From NCBI GenBank assembly GCA_976551045.1, contig CDPCPM010000014.1:30690001-30754000 (forward strand): 64,000 nt of DNA, written 5' to 3'. This document shows positions 24,455 to 37,100 of the stretch, one piece after another (position 1 is the stretch's first letter; each line of letters starts with the position of its first letter). This stretch comes from Glaucostegus cemiculus (taxonomy: Eukaryota). The notes below the pieces were generated by a model. That model was not told the DNA's origin and searched no databases. It worked only from the letters and a program-made list of their open reading frames with translations. Made by a program: the position numbers and the translations under genes.

Positions 24455-24886
24455 TTGTCTTATGAGGATAGGTTGAGTGAGCTGGGGCTTTTCTCTTTGG
24501 ATAGAAAGAGGGTGAGAGGTGAATTGATAGAAGTGTACAAGATGATAAGAGACATTGATCAAGTAGGCAGTCAGAAACATTTTCCTGGGGTGACAATGGC
24601 TAACATGAGGGGACATAATTTTAAGGTAATTGGAGGAAAATATAACAGGGATGTCAGGGGTAAGTATTTTTTTCACAGAATGGTGGGTGCATGAAATGCA
24701 CTGCTGGCAGAGGTGGTGGAGGCAGATACATTCGGGACATTTAAGAGACTCTGAGAAAGACACATGAATGGAATTGGAGGGCTATGTGGGTGGGAGTGGT
24801 TAGGTAGATACTAGAGCAGGATAAATTGTCAGCACAACATTGTGAGCCGAAGGGCCTGTACTGCGCTGTAATAGTCTATGTTCTAT
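24455..24886 (+). mobile_element. Young CR1 (HER1-like) 3' fragment
   Basis: ORF SYEDRLSELGLFSLDRKRVRGELIEVYKMIRDID..RGHNFKVIGG; tail gagccgaagggcctgtactgcgctgtaatagtctatgttctat; same subfamily as 33720 and 47565. Confidence 0.95.
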
Positions 24887-25229
24887 AGATTGCTTGCCAA
24901 TATCCAAGTTTTATTGTATGCTATGAAAACAAGATGATTCATATTTTTGTATCTGGTTTTCAAGGAAGCGATAGTCCATAACACCCAAGTGACAGACCAT
25001 ATAGGAACAAGATCTCCGACTTCTCACTCCCTTTAGCAAGAAACACTAAAATTCCAGGGGAGGAAGACAGTGGAGGGTGGGCAAGATTGTGAATTAAAAA
25101 GGGTAGGCCAGGTTAGTTTGTGATGAACTTTCTCTTCATTTTAGTCATTGACTGGATACCTTAACTCTATGTTGGTCTCCACACATGTCTGACCCACTGA
25201 GTCTTCCCAGAAGGTTTTACAATGTTGTA

Positions 25230-25790
25230 AGAACATTAGACATAAGAGCAGGAGTATGCCATTCAATCCTGTGTCTGAGAGATCATTCAATAAAATCAGC
25301 TGGTCCTCAAAATCAACTCTATTTACTCGATCAAACATCAAATGGGTTATTCTGTGATTCCTTTAGAGTCTAAAAATCTATTGGCCTCAATTTTGAATAT
25401 ACCCAGAGATGAACCATCCACAGTTCATTATGTTGGAGATCTCCAAAGTGAAGGAGTATCTCCTTGTGTCAGTGCTGAATGGCCAAGCACTTACCCTGAG
25501 ATTATTTCCCTTGTGCCCTGGTTCTAGATTCCCCAACCTGCAGAACATATTCTCTGCATTTAATCTGTCAAATCCTAGCAGAATACCATATGCTTCAATG
25601 AGATTGGCTCTCATTCTTTCAAACTACATTGATAACAGGTCACTTCTGCTCCAGAACCAATCCAGCGATGACCTTCACTGGGCTCTCTCTAAAGCAAGGT
25701 GTGGAGACCAATATTACACACTGTCCTCGAAGTATTCTCTCTGTGTAATGACAGAAAGTATTTTTTATTCCTTGTTCTAAACTCCTGCCA
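25230..25790 (-). mobile_element. Old CR1 3' fragment
   Basis: ORF MRANLIEAYGILLGFDRLNAENMF; tail agacataagagcaggagtatgccattcaatcc on + strand. Confidence 0.8.
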
Positions 25791-26306
25791 TGAGTGCCTT
25801 AGCTATTAAAATGTGCATTTGAATGCAAGTTCTTTCCTGCAGAGATGTACATTTAATCCAGAAAGTAAATAGTTGAAAGTGGGGCAAAGATAGACTTGCT
25901 CAGATATATATCTCCATGGGAACAAAATTATGAGAAGTATAAAGCTTATGGACTATCTAGAACAATATCCACTGCTGTTTGATCACTGAAAGAGTGGATG
26001 GGTACAAAAAGCTCAGTCACGATAGCATATCCCTAAGCAATCATCTCACCGTACATAATAATATATTTCTTTGGCATCTGACCAGTTGCTTGACAAATGT
26101 GACTGGTCTCTATATGTTTCTATGTCAGACAGTCTATGTTCCTAGCTGGAAGTAAAAATAATCCAAGAAGAGATCATAATGTCAAAAACCCTGTTGTGAA
26201 CACTGTACTTAGGAACTTCCTAGATTTTGAACTACGTTGGTGGAGACATGTTGTGCAGTAGAACTTCCTTTCAGAGTTAACCAGCCTGAGTAAATATTTC
26301 TAGGAT

Positions 26307-26601
26307 AAAAATGGAAAATGCAGGAAAGGCTTTGCAGGTCAGGAAATCCTAGCAGAATACTATGTGCCTCAATGAGATCACCTCTCATTCTTTCAAAATG
26401 CATTGAGAGCATAGGTCACTCCTGCTCGGGAACCAATCCAGTGACAGCCTTCACTGGAGCCATGGAAAAGAAAACAGAGTTAATGTTTCAAGTTGAAGAT
26501 TCTTTGTCTGACAAAGCATCTTTGACCTGAAACATTGACTCTGTTTCTTCCTCTAGTCATGCTGCCTGACCCACTGTGTGTTTCTGGCACTTTTTGCTTT
26601 T
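26307..26601. mobile_element. Palindromic PLE terminal-repeat derivative centred on HHR core (left arm interrupted at 26344-26457)
   Basis: aaacagagttaatgtttcaagttgaagattctttgtc-t-gacaaagcatctttgacctgaaacattgactctgttt: inverted arms around 26509. Confidence 0.75.
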
Positions 26602-28252
26602 TCAAAGTATCTTTTTTTTGCTTTTCAAGTATTTCTAAGAATTTACAAATATTATTTTAGGTCATTGATATTGAAACCTGCATTGAAATATTTTAGGGGG
26701 TAGAAATTGGTAGGTACCTAGTTTTTGGGTGTAAATCCAGCAGCGGGGTGGCTAACGCGCAAATTGTGCAAATCTTAATCTCAATGCTAAAGTCATATTG
26801 TCGTCTTGTACAGAGTCAGCATCAATATCCACGGTTGAGCCTTGGACCAAAAATAGAGCTATCCCAAAATTTGCGCATTGAAACCAGCCTTCTGTGCCTC
26901 AGCAGTCATGTCCACATGATAGTTGAATGTCACCTGGAAGAAGATTCTCATTTTAATCTCTGCACTGAGTTACTGACTAAGGATGGGGGAGAGGCAGGGA
27001 CCACAGTTCCCGATGTTAGGAGAAAAAGATTGGCTGAAGTTTCTGATTATGATTCTGTTTATGCCAGAAGTATGCATTCATTCAGGAGAGGAGATCAGAT
27101 TCTGCTGCAATATCATTTGCAGTTGAATAGCTCCTTGACACTGCTCAGACATGAATAGCGATCACCTCTGGGTGAAAACCATTCAATGTGGTGTCAGTTT
27201 CTTTAGGAGGGAGGTGAGAAAAGATTTATTAATAGCTGAAATGTTGTTGCTTTCAAAGTACAACTGTATATTTGATTTATGGTGTAATCTCAACAGATAT
27301 TATGTTTTGTGCAGTTTGAAAGTCGTTAGTCAAATTAGAAGAACAAATAAAACCACAGGATATTCATTTGCAAACTGAAAACTATACCCTTTTTAACTTG
27401 TTTTGCAGGATACTGCAGGAAACTGTTGTCTTACCAAGCACAGAAGAATCCAGAAATATCCACAGCTGGAGAATAATGCAAATTAGACATTATGAAACTG
27501 AACCTTTCACTTTGCCCATAAGCTAACTTGGCAAAATATTGCATCATCTAAATATGTTTTGGCACAAGAAATGAAAACTCCTTCTGATTTTGGAGATTAT
27601 GTGGTAAATTTAGACCATATGTGATGACAAAATTTCATTAATCAATGTTTGAATTCATTGCAACCAGTTTATTGTTTTCTGGGGAAATGGGGACTTATTA
27701 CAACATATGCAGTCTCCAGATTGTCCGTCTGATTGAAAGTACCATTTTATCCAACTTCAGTATTTTCTCTTTCCCGTGACTGTGTCTGGAGGTAAATATC
27801 ACAGTTTTCTGAGGAGACTTTCTGATGTGGAGGATGGTCATAGGACAAATGTTTTAACTTGCCCCATCATGTTGCTTATTCTAACATGTTGCTCTGTATG
27901 TCTTGCAATAAACAGGAGGATTTTAAGGACTCCAAAAGGATAACAGTGACATAAAACCAGCCAGATTTCTGCTATGCAGTATACTGTATAGATACCTGAC
28001 CAAAAACTGAAAATGAAGGTAAAAGTTCTTTCTCCCCAATGGAGAAAGGAGAAGTAGGAATAGATACAACTCCAGACTCACAACCTGTCAATGCGATTGA
28101 TTGTGTGTAAATGTCTTTAAAAATCACAAAAATTCAAAGATAGGCTTTATTAACAGATAAAAATGTCTTTTTTAAATAAATTAAAACAGGTAAAACACTC
28201 CCATATACTTGGAACCAATTAAATACATTTCAACTAACTGAGTTGAAAGGGC

Positions 28253-28540
28253 AGGCACAGTAGTGTAGCGATTGCAGAACGCTTTACAGCGCCAGTGACC
28301 CGGGTTCAATTCTGGTCACAGTCTGTAAGGAGTTTGTATGTTCTCCCCATGTCTGCATGGGTTTCCTCTGGGTGCTCCAGTTTTCTCCCATGTTCCAAAG
28401 ACATACGGGTTAGGAAGTTGTGAGCATACTATTTTGCGCTGGAAGTATGATGACACTTGAGGGCTGGCCCCAGAACACTCTATGAAAAAGATGCATTTTA
28501 CTGTGTGTTTCAATGTACATGTGACTAATAAAGATATCTT
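28253..28540 (+). mobile_element. Full-length V-SINE with Rex/Babar-type tail
   Basis: A box tagtgtagcgg-like, B box ggttcaattct, V domain, tail ttttactgtgtgtttcaatgtacatgtgactaataaagatatct. Confidence 0.9.
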
Positions 28541-29149
28541 AAACATATAGAAAATCTACTTACTGTCTTCTGGATAGACATAACTTCCCATTGATTTCAA
28601 TGAAGTTATTATTCCTCCACCAGAACTACTATTAGATGTCCTGAGATTTCTAGCCTAGGAGCTGGAACATCTGAGGAAGTCTACACTGCCCCATTATGCC
28701 CCATATGGAATCATTGTGTAGTTCATTTGTATTCACGCTGATATTCAAATGGAGTGGAAGGCTGGATTTTGGCCTAAGCTCAGGAATCTGCAACATATAG
28801 TAGTGTGTAAATGCTAGAAGTTCCAAGCAAATAGTCCTTTTTTAGCAGAACATCTGCCCCAAAATTACCTGCACTGGTAATTGAAGCACTGCTGATAAGG
28901 TGAAAATTTGAAAAAAAAATTAAAGAACAAATTACTGCAAAGGCCTTGAAAATCCACAGGTCATAAAGTTTAAATAACTGTTTTCCCACAGCTTATATAC
29001 AAAATTTCACTCTGTGTGAAGCAATCTCTCTCAATAATCACTGTCTTTTTCCCATATTAACCATATTTGTAAGGAATATTAGCAGCAAATGATTTATTGA
29101 AGCACTCATTTTAATCTGAGGACCCCGTTTTGCAACAACAGGACAGTTT

Positions 29150-31640
29150 ATGTGGAATATTGAAACAGCTGCAATCAACAGCAGTGTTCACTGGAGTTGG
29201 AATAAAGGAATAGAAATTTTAAATTTTCAGTTGTGACAAGAGGCATTAGAAGGGATGTTCAGATATTAATTTGATTCAGTATTGTGCAAAGAGAAAGGGT
29301 TAATTAATAATCTGGTAAAGGGCCTTTGGGAAAAGTGATCATGATATGATAGGCTTTTTGATCAAGATTGAAAGTAATTTAACTCGGTCAAAAACCAGGG
29401 TCTTAAATATAAACAAAGCTAACTACAGTGGCATAAAGCATGAATTGGTTATGGTAGATTGGGATGCTATATTACAGCATATTACTGTAAGTAAGTAATT
29501 GCTTACATTTAAAGAATCAATGCACAGTTTACAACAATCATTTATCTTTTTAAGTCACAAAAATCCAACAAAGATGTGGCCCTGTCATGGTTAACAAGAG
29601 AAAGTTAGTGCTGGAACAAAGGGAATGCCTTAAGTATTGCTAAGAAGAACAATTAACCTGAGGAGCTGGAAGAAATTAGCATTATTTAAAAAAAATACTA
29701 GAGAAATGACGTCAGTAGTAAGGAAGATGCTAGAATCTAAGATTAAGGAACTGGAAGCAGAACACTTACAAAATATTAATAAGACTAGACAGAGTCATGA
29801 AAGGGAAATAATGTTCCACTAATCTGTTACAGGTTTTTTTGAGGTTGTAACTAACAGAATAGATAAATGAGATAAGTGGATGTGATATATTTGTACTTTC
29901 AGTGGATCTTTGATAAGATGCTGTATCTTTCCATGACTCTATGCCATATCAGAGATTATTGAACAAAACTGGAGAAAGCATGATTGGAGTGGAGTGAGGA
30001 CTGGTTAATGGACAGAAAACTGAGACTAGCAATAAATGGATCATTTTTGGGTTGGCTGTGTCTGGGAGGATGCCAGGGGAATTACTGCTAGAGCCCCAGC
30101 TGTTCATAATCATGACTTGGCCTAGGAGAGCAAGTGTAATATGTCCATTGTGATGTCACAAATGTAACTGGCAATGTGAATTGTAAAGTGGGTGCAAAGG
30201 GGCTTCGAGGACATATGGAGAAGGCTCGGTGAATAGGCTATGATATCGCAGATGGAATATAATGTAGAGAAATATGTCAGCCAGTTTGATATAAATAACA
30301 TGAAGTGTTTTTTTTTGAATGGTGAGAGATTGAAAGGTGTTAATGTTCATAAACCACTGAAAGTTAATGTACAGGTCATAGGTTCAGCAAGCAATTAGCA
30401 AAGCCATTGGTACATTTGCCTTTATTGCAAGTGCATTAAAGTACAATGGTAAAGGTGACTTGATGGAATTTTAAAGAGCCTTGCTGAGAACGTATCTGGA
30501 ATATTGTGCACTGGTCTGGTGTCCCTACCTAAATAAGGACATGCATATGACAGAGAGAGTGCAGTGACATTCATCAGATTGATTCCTGGAATGAGTTTTG
30601 TCCTATGAAGAGGGATTAAGCAGTCTGATGTATACACCTGAGTACAGAAGAACAAGAGGTGATCTCACTGAAGCACACAAAATTCTTACCAGGTTTTATG
30701 AAATAGCTAACATTGATGACATTTCCCCTGTCTACAGTGTCTAGAACTAGACTCCACAGTTTCAAAGTAAGAGATTGTCCACTCAAGACTGAGAAGAGAA
30801 GTTACTTCTTCACCCAAGGGTTGGTGTCATGGCGTACAGCACAGGAACAGGCCTTTAGACCCACTACTCTCATGCCGACACTTTTTGCCCATCTACACTA
30901 ATCCCATTTGCCCACATTAGGACCATATCCTTCGATGCCTTGCCTATTTAAATGTCTCTCTAAATGCCTCTTAAACATAATGATTATATCTGATTCCACC
31001 ACCTCCTCAGGCAGATGTTTTAGATATCACCTACTTTCTGTGGGGGTGGGGAGGGAAGAATAAAAATTACTGTTAAGATCCCCTTTAAATCTCCTACTTC
31101 CCAACTTAAGCGCATGCCCTCTTGTTTTTGACAGCCCAACCATGGGAAAAAGATTTTGACTATCTATTCTATCTATGCCTCCCATAATCTGATATACTTC
31201 TGTCAGGTCTCTGCTCAGCCTCCTCCACTCCAGGGAAAGCAAGCCCACCATATCCGATCTCTTCCCATAACTAAAGTCTTTGAATCCAGGCAACTTCTGG
31301 TGAATCTCCTCTGCATTCTCCCCAGTGCAATTATATCCCTCCAATATAGTGGTGACTTGAGCTAAATGCAATACTCCAAGTGCAGGCTAACGAATGTTTT
31401 CTAAAGTTATACATTAAATCCCAACTAATATGTAGTGAATTGTTAGAATTCTCGTTGCAGAGGGCTGAGAAGGCTCAGTCACTGAGGATATTCAAGAGAG
31501 AGATTTATAGTTTTGGATATTAAGGGAATCAAGGGATATAGTGTTAGTGCGGGAAATTAGCATTGAGCTAAAAGATCAGCCATTATCTTAGTGAAAGTTG
31601 ATGCAGGTATGAGAGTCCAAATATCCCTCTTCTGCCTTTT
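29150..31640 (+). mobile_element. Long, old, fragmented CR1 ORF2 to 3' UTR
   Basis: gggcctttgggaaaagtgatcatgat (PLG.SDH), gatgtgatatatttgtactttcag..tttgataag (D.IY..F..FDK), ctggaatattgtgcac (LEYC), tail taaaagatcagccat. Confidence 0.8.
30835..31430 (-). mobile_element. CR1 3' fragment nested antisense in the older CR1
   Basis: ORF LPGFKDFSYGKRSDMVGLLSLEWRRLSRDLTEVYQIMGGIDRIDSQNLFP; tail tacagcacaggaacaggcc on + strand. Confidence 0.9.
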
Positions 31641-33719
31641 TTTAGTTTCCTGCTTTCCACTTACCTGGGCAGATTTCCGTAAGTGGCTTCAGTTCCATGG
31701 CTGATTACTTTAGACCTACTCAAATCGAAGATAAAAGGTTTCATTGTGCACTGTGTGCAGTGAGAGTAAATATATTGCTTATAAGCACGTTTGTGCCTGC
31801 ACCACTCAGCACACAATGGAAACCTGCTTTCAGCTGAGCACTCTGAGATACTCCCAATATTCAGAATCTGAGATTTGTATTTATTTCCATTTATATCAGT
31901 ACTGGAAAATAAACATTGAACATCCATTGGGTGAAGATATTATTTCTTACTATACCACTTGTGTAGAGACACATATTGTCAAGTTCTTGCAGCTCAGTGG
32001 TGTTTTATTTACATAATTTATTCCAGTGTTGAGACAGGGACTAATTTTTATTCTACTCAGTCTGAGAATTCTCTCAGTTAATGCACTGCAAATAGTTTAT
32101 TTTAATAATCTGTCACATTGCTCGTCTAAATTTCTATCTGCTTAACTCATTGGCACTGTAAATATAAATATATTCGAAAATTGGCAGTCTGGAAGGAACT
32201 GAAGTCAGGAGTATAGATGGGAGTTAGCTGCAAGGCTCATGTCAACATTGATAGCAAGTTATTTATACTTGATCTTTTGTGATATTGCCAATGGACTGGA
32301 GCATTTTAAACATAATTTCAAAATATTGAGCAGTATGCTAAAAATAAACAAAAGCAATTCTTTAATCATTGCATTTGGTTTACTCTTTATGTTCCTTCTA
32401 TTTTTATTTCTCTTTCCTTCTAATATTTGGCTAGCTTATCTCGGTTTTGCAGTTCAACTCATTATTCTTCTTTTGCAAGTTCTTCTATTGCTTTAGCATA
32501 TATTAAGGTGCAAAACTGCAGTTATCTGTGGCTTTAGGAAACTGAAATCATGTTTTTTCAGTCATTGACATCAGACTAATCTTCTGAATTTTTTAATACT
32601 GTTGACCATATGCTCAATGAAAAGAGCAAGGAGTAAGGTTGTGGATATTTGACTGGGGCTGGGTCACAATAAAGAAAAGGAAACCTTGGATATGACTAAC
32701 AAATGAGACTGAAAGAATGGTCAGAAGGCTTGAGACTGAAGGTGGGAGGGGGAGGGGAGGGCAAGTGGATCGGTACCCTGTTTTGGAGTGTATTCATGGT
32801 GTGAAAAACACTATTTAAATACAAATTCTTTTTAATTTGCAATGCTGCTGTAAATAGTCACTCACACTATTAAAGCTAAAAAGGCTGGAGGAAAATAATC
32901 CCCTCAGGGGCTATTTTAAATGGATGAAAGAGAGATGGATGATAAATTGTTATGGAACCTGTTAGCATTCATTTGCATTCATTTTTGGGCTCCAACCCTT
33001 GCTTTGTATAATGTTCTCAAATTCCAACTAAATTTTAATTTTGCATAATTCAGCATCTCATGGATTGGGCACTCATGTCTACTTCACCAAAATACACTCC
33101 TGGAAGGTGAGTGTATATTCATCAGCACACAGTTGTGAATCTGCCCAATAGTGACTACATATCCACAATCCATTGGTAAGACAGTTTATCCTAGTCTCAG
33201 TTGTGAGTGTGCTGAGTGGTGATAAATGCCCTTATCCAATAACCTACCATTGAGTTCTAGGTTAGGACACAACACACACTGATTGGCTTAAATGTCAGAT
33301 TCATTGAGAGACAACAAATCATAAAACGTACTTAACACAGGCATCAATCATATTCTAACAAAATGTCCTTTGAACAGTTCAGTTGGTCCACCACTGAACC
33401 CAGAGCACACTACAGAAATAAAATAAAATTAGAAGATTTAAGTGAAATGTATCATATGCTTATTCTTCCTATTTTAAAATTTCTTCAGCTAATTCTGGTG
33501 CTCAGACTTTGATTTCCATTCTTTTCCTTCCTTATTGAGTCAACTATTTGTGCTGCTATAACTGCAAAGGACCAGGGATAAAGTGCTCATCACATCACTC
33601 CTCTGTCATTTGTTATCATGGCTGTAAAGAACAAGAACCTATTGGAGACAGACAGGACCAAAGTGCTAGTTCTTCTATTCTAAGGTGCTTGAGTTCTGCC
33701 CCAGAGAGAACAACAAGAC

Positions 33720-34100
33720 AGAGGATGAGAGGTGACTTGATAGAGGTGTACAAGATGATAAGAGGCATAGATTGAGTGGACAGTCAGAGACCTTTTCCCA
33801 GGGTGAAAATGGCTCATATGAGGGGATATAATTTTAAGGTGATTGGAGGAAGATATAAGGAGGATGTCAGAGTAAGTTTTTTTTAAATAGAGAGTGGTGG
33901 GTGCATGGAATGCACTGCTGGCAAGGGTTGTGGGGGCAGATACATTAGGGATATTTAAGAAACTCTTAGATAGCCACATGAATGATAGAAAAATGGAGGG
34001 CTATGTGGGAGGGAAGTGTTAGATACTAGAGCAGGATAAAATGTCAGCACAACATTGTGGGCCAAAGGGCCTGTACTGTGCTGTAATGTTCTACGTTCTA
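33720..34100 (+). mobile_element. Young CR1 (HER1-like) 3' fragment
   Basis: RMRGDLIEVYKMIRGID; tail gtgggccaaagggcctgtactgtgctgtaatgttctacgttcta. Confidence 0.95.
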
Positions 34101-37100
34101 ACGTCTACGAATTACAGTTCTAAAAAAAATTAAAACAGAATTGCTTGGAGGTAGGAGTGTGTAGCTGCCGGCACCAATTTTGTTGATGCCCCTGGTTGTT
34201 ATAGTCAATCCAGTTTCAGTTACTTAACTGCTTGACTAAAATATAAACAGACCCCAAGCCTTCAGTCAGGACCGATACTGTATGTGTGCAGTGAAACTTG
34301 AGCAAATGATGTCAAGTCTAGTATTATGCCAATTGATGTCACTGTGCATGCCCAGATGCTTCTGTGCAGACCCAGATGGAAAACCTGGAAGTGCACTACA
34401 CAGCCCTAATGTATGTGATCGTGTTCTATGACTTACCACATAAAACATTTTACTATGTGATAGAACCTCCTGGCCTAGAAATTCCGTCCTAGTTTTCCAA
34501 AATCTGTTGCTCACTATCAGATTTACATTTTACATGTTCCATGCACTAATGATGTCACAACATTTCCAAACCAAATAAAATATTTCTGTTGGATTACGCA
34601 AATGCAACATTTTGAACACAAAATGGTGCCACAAGCAGCAAACAACTAGGCATTGTGGTTTGGATTTTGTGTTCAGAAAGGAATGTTGGTCAAACCAATT
34701 CCCAGCTCTTCACTGGAGAGTATCATGGGACATTTTGGCCCAATCTTGACACGGGCAGGTTTGGGAACAGAGAAGGTGAACTTTGGTCAGGCAGCATGCT
34801 GAACGTGTCACAAGAAGTCTGCTTGGTTCACAGGCTTGGCTCCAAGTCAGATGAGGAATTGGAATAAGTAGGAATGCTGAAGCTAGATAGGTGGTAACGT
34901 GGAGTGTGGACAGGATGGTTGCTGATCACTCAGGGTTTCAACTCCCAGGGTGAGGTATGATCTGTTAACGTGGGAAAACTGATAAAGAGGGATGGGAGTG
35001 AGCAGCCACACTTGTTTGGTGGGCATGTTGTAGAACGTCATCCAGGTGTAAGAGGGAGGGAGGGAGGAAAGTAAACTTGGTGAGCTGGTAGGAATCACTC
35101 TTCATCTCCTTGTCCGCAGATAGACCCGTGGAAACACTTATGACTTCCACAGAGTGGTCCTCATCTCGCTTTACCTGCTGGGTTTCAGGCAGTCTGGGAA
35201 GTCCATCCCACCAGACTTAAAATGGAAATTAGGTTAAATAGGGGCAAGTAGCCTATCATCCTGGATTCCCAAATCCCTGTCCCATCTCTGTTAAAACTGG
35301 AAGTGGGTGGATTGCAAGTGGGTTAGTGCCAATTTTGAGAATTCTTGACACATATTCACCCACTTTTGGACATTGAACCTGACTGCTTTACATCTACCTG
35401 AATAGGCAGACAAGATTTCAGTCATTAAACCCACTAAATTGTGAATTTAGTGGGATTAAAATTTGACTTTATTGCATTAGTCCTTTTTTCACAGTTTAAA
35501 GGTTTACTGCCACTGCTCATCCTCTCAGACTTCAAAATGTTTTGGTAGATCAGGCCTCTGTGATACTAGCAGAGGCTAAGAGGTATTTAAAGAGGATCCT
35601 GCTGGTTTGAGGTGGGGAGGGAGGGCATATTCCCCTCCTCATTGTAATTGCCCCAGGTAGAATTGAATTGAAGATATAGTTTTACTGTACTGAAGGTGCA
35701 GAACGAAACCAGTAATTGCAATTGGTGCAAAATTGTTCAGAAGTAACAACCTCACACAGCATTGCGATGAATCTTGTTAATCTGGGGAATTAGGTTGTCA
35801 GTTCTTGTCTTGGGAACAAACCTGCAGAGAACCTTTGGATTTACCGTGTGAATATATGAAAAGGTAATACGCTCTTTGGATTTTTCTCAAGTTGCTGACA
35901 CTAATGACCCTACTTGTGTAAAATGTTATTGCCTCTGTTTCAACAATAGGTCAGACCATTGCTGTCAGTATAAACATTTATGTTGTTTAAGGCATAAACT
36001 TTACCTATTATTTATTTTCTGGGTTTTTTTGCTTTTGATCTATTCAGTTTGAACCAGTACTTGGAATCTGCAGCTAAATGATATGACAGTATGTCCTCAA
36101 GACAAACAGGCTTGTAACTGTATTTCACGTGACAAGACACTCAGCAAGCAAAGATTAAAGAACAGCAAAATCTAAAAAAAAATGGCAAACCTAAAACCAA
36201 ACAGGTAAGTTCTTGCTTGAAGTACTGTGATGCTGGTAAGTCCCTATGTACCCATTCCAAGCAGAAAATTTGGCTTCCAAGGAGGTTATAAAGAGCAGAT
36301 GTTTCTTTAGTGAACAGGAGATAAAAAATCAAACTTGTTCCAAGAATTTCTCAAAGGCAATTACCTGGACAGGCCCATATAAAAGTCTTGAATTTGCTTT
36401 CCCTCAGTTTGCTCTGTTTGATTTTATGTCATATTTAGTTTATCTGCAAACAGGTAAACAGTTTTCAGATTTTTCTGTTTTTTGGGAGGCTAGGTACCAA
36501 TCATATGCCAAAATTCTTGGCTGATGCTAAATGAACATACATTAGTTATTGCGGTGGCTTACATGGCTTTTTTGTGTCAAGCTTGGTTAATGTTTTTGTC
36601 TTCTTTAGTGTCAGTTCTATGTTGTGCTTGTATTTGTAACATGATAAATTACATCCATGCATATCCAGTATTCAGTGGTGTGCATATAGTGAACAGCACT
36701 GGATTCTGTGAATGTTTAAGATGGGTCAGCACAAAATCATTTGCTCCTGATGAGGTTACAATTTATAGCATACACTGCAACTTCACAGTGGCAATTTTTT
36801 ACAGCTCAACCAATTTCTTCTTGAGGCACATCCAACCCCACTGCGAGGTGAAATTTGTGTTCTGTGGGAGTGCAAAAATGGCAAATCTGTTTTAAATCCT
36901 GCTCAGTTTTCTTTTCTACTGACTTCAATGTTTTGCATAGCACTGATATCATAAATACTAGCCGATCTCAACCAGCATTTTCAAATAATATTAAACATTG
37001 GCAATATTCATATATGTCAGCTGAATAAGACTTTGAATGATATTCCATTTCATACACTACAGACTTATTTTTTGAGGATTTGCTGAATGAGAACATTCAT

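Noticed and set aside
26695-27158. 136-aa ORF and a ggggtagaaattgg start resembling a Harbinger-type MITE end (similar weak signals near 28620, 35000-35400, 36790 and 45185)
   Set aside because: No matching second TIR or TSD identifiable by eye, and the ORF has no domain
27409-27603. Strong-looking acceptor ttttaacttgttttgcag|
   Set aside because: The frames I translated close before any plausible donor, and the nearest donor is weak
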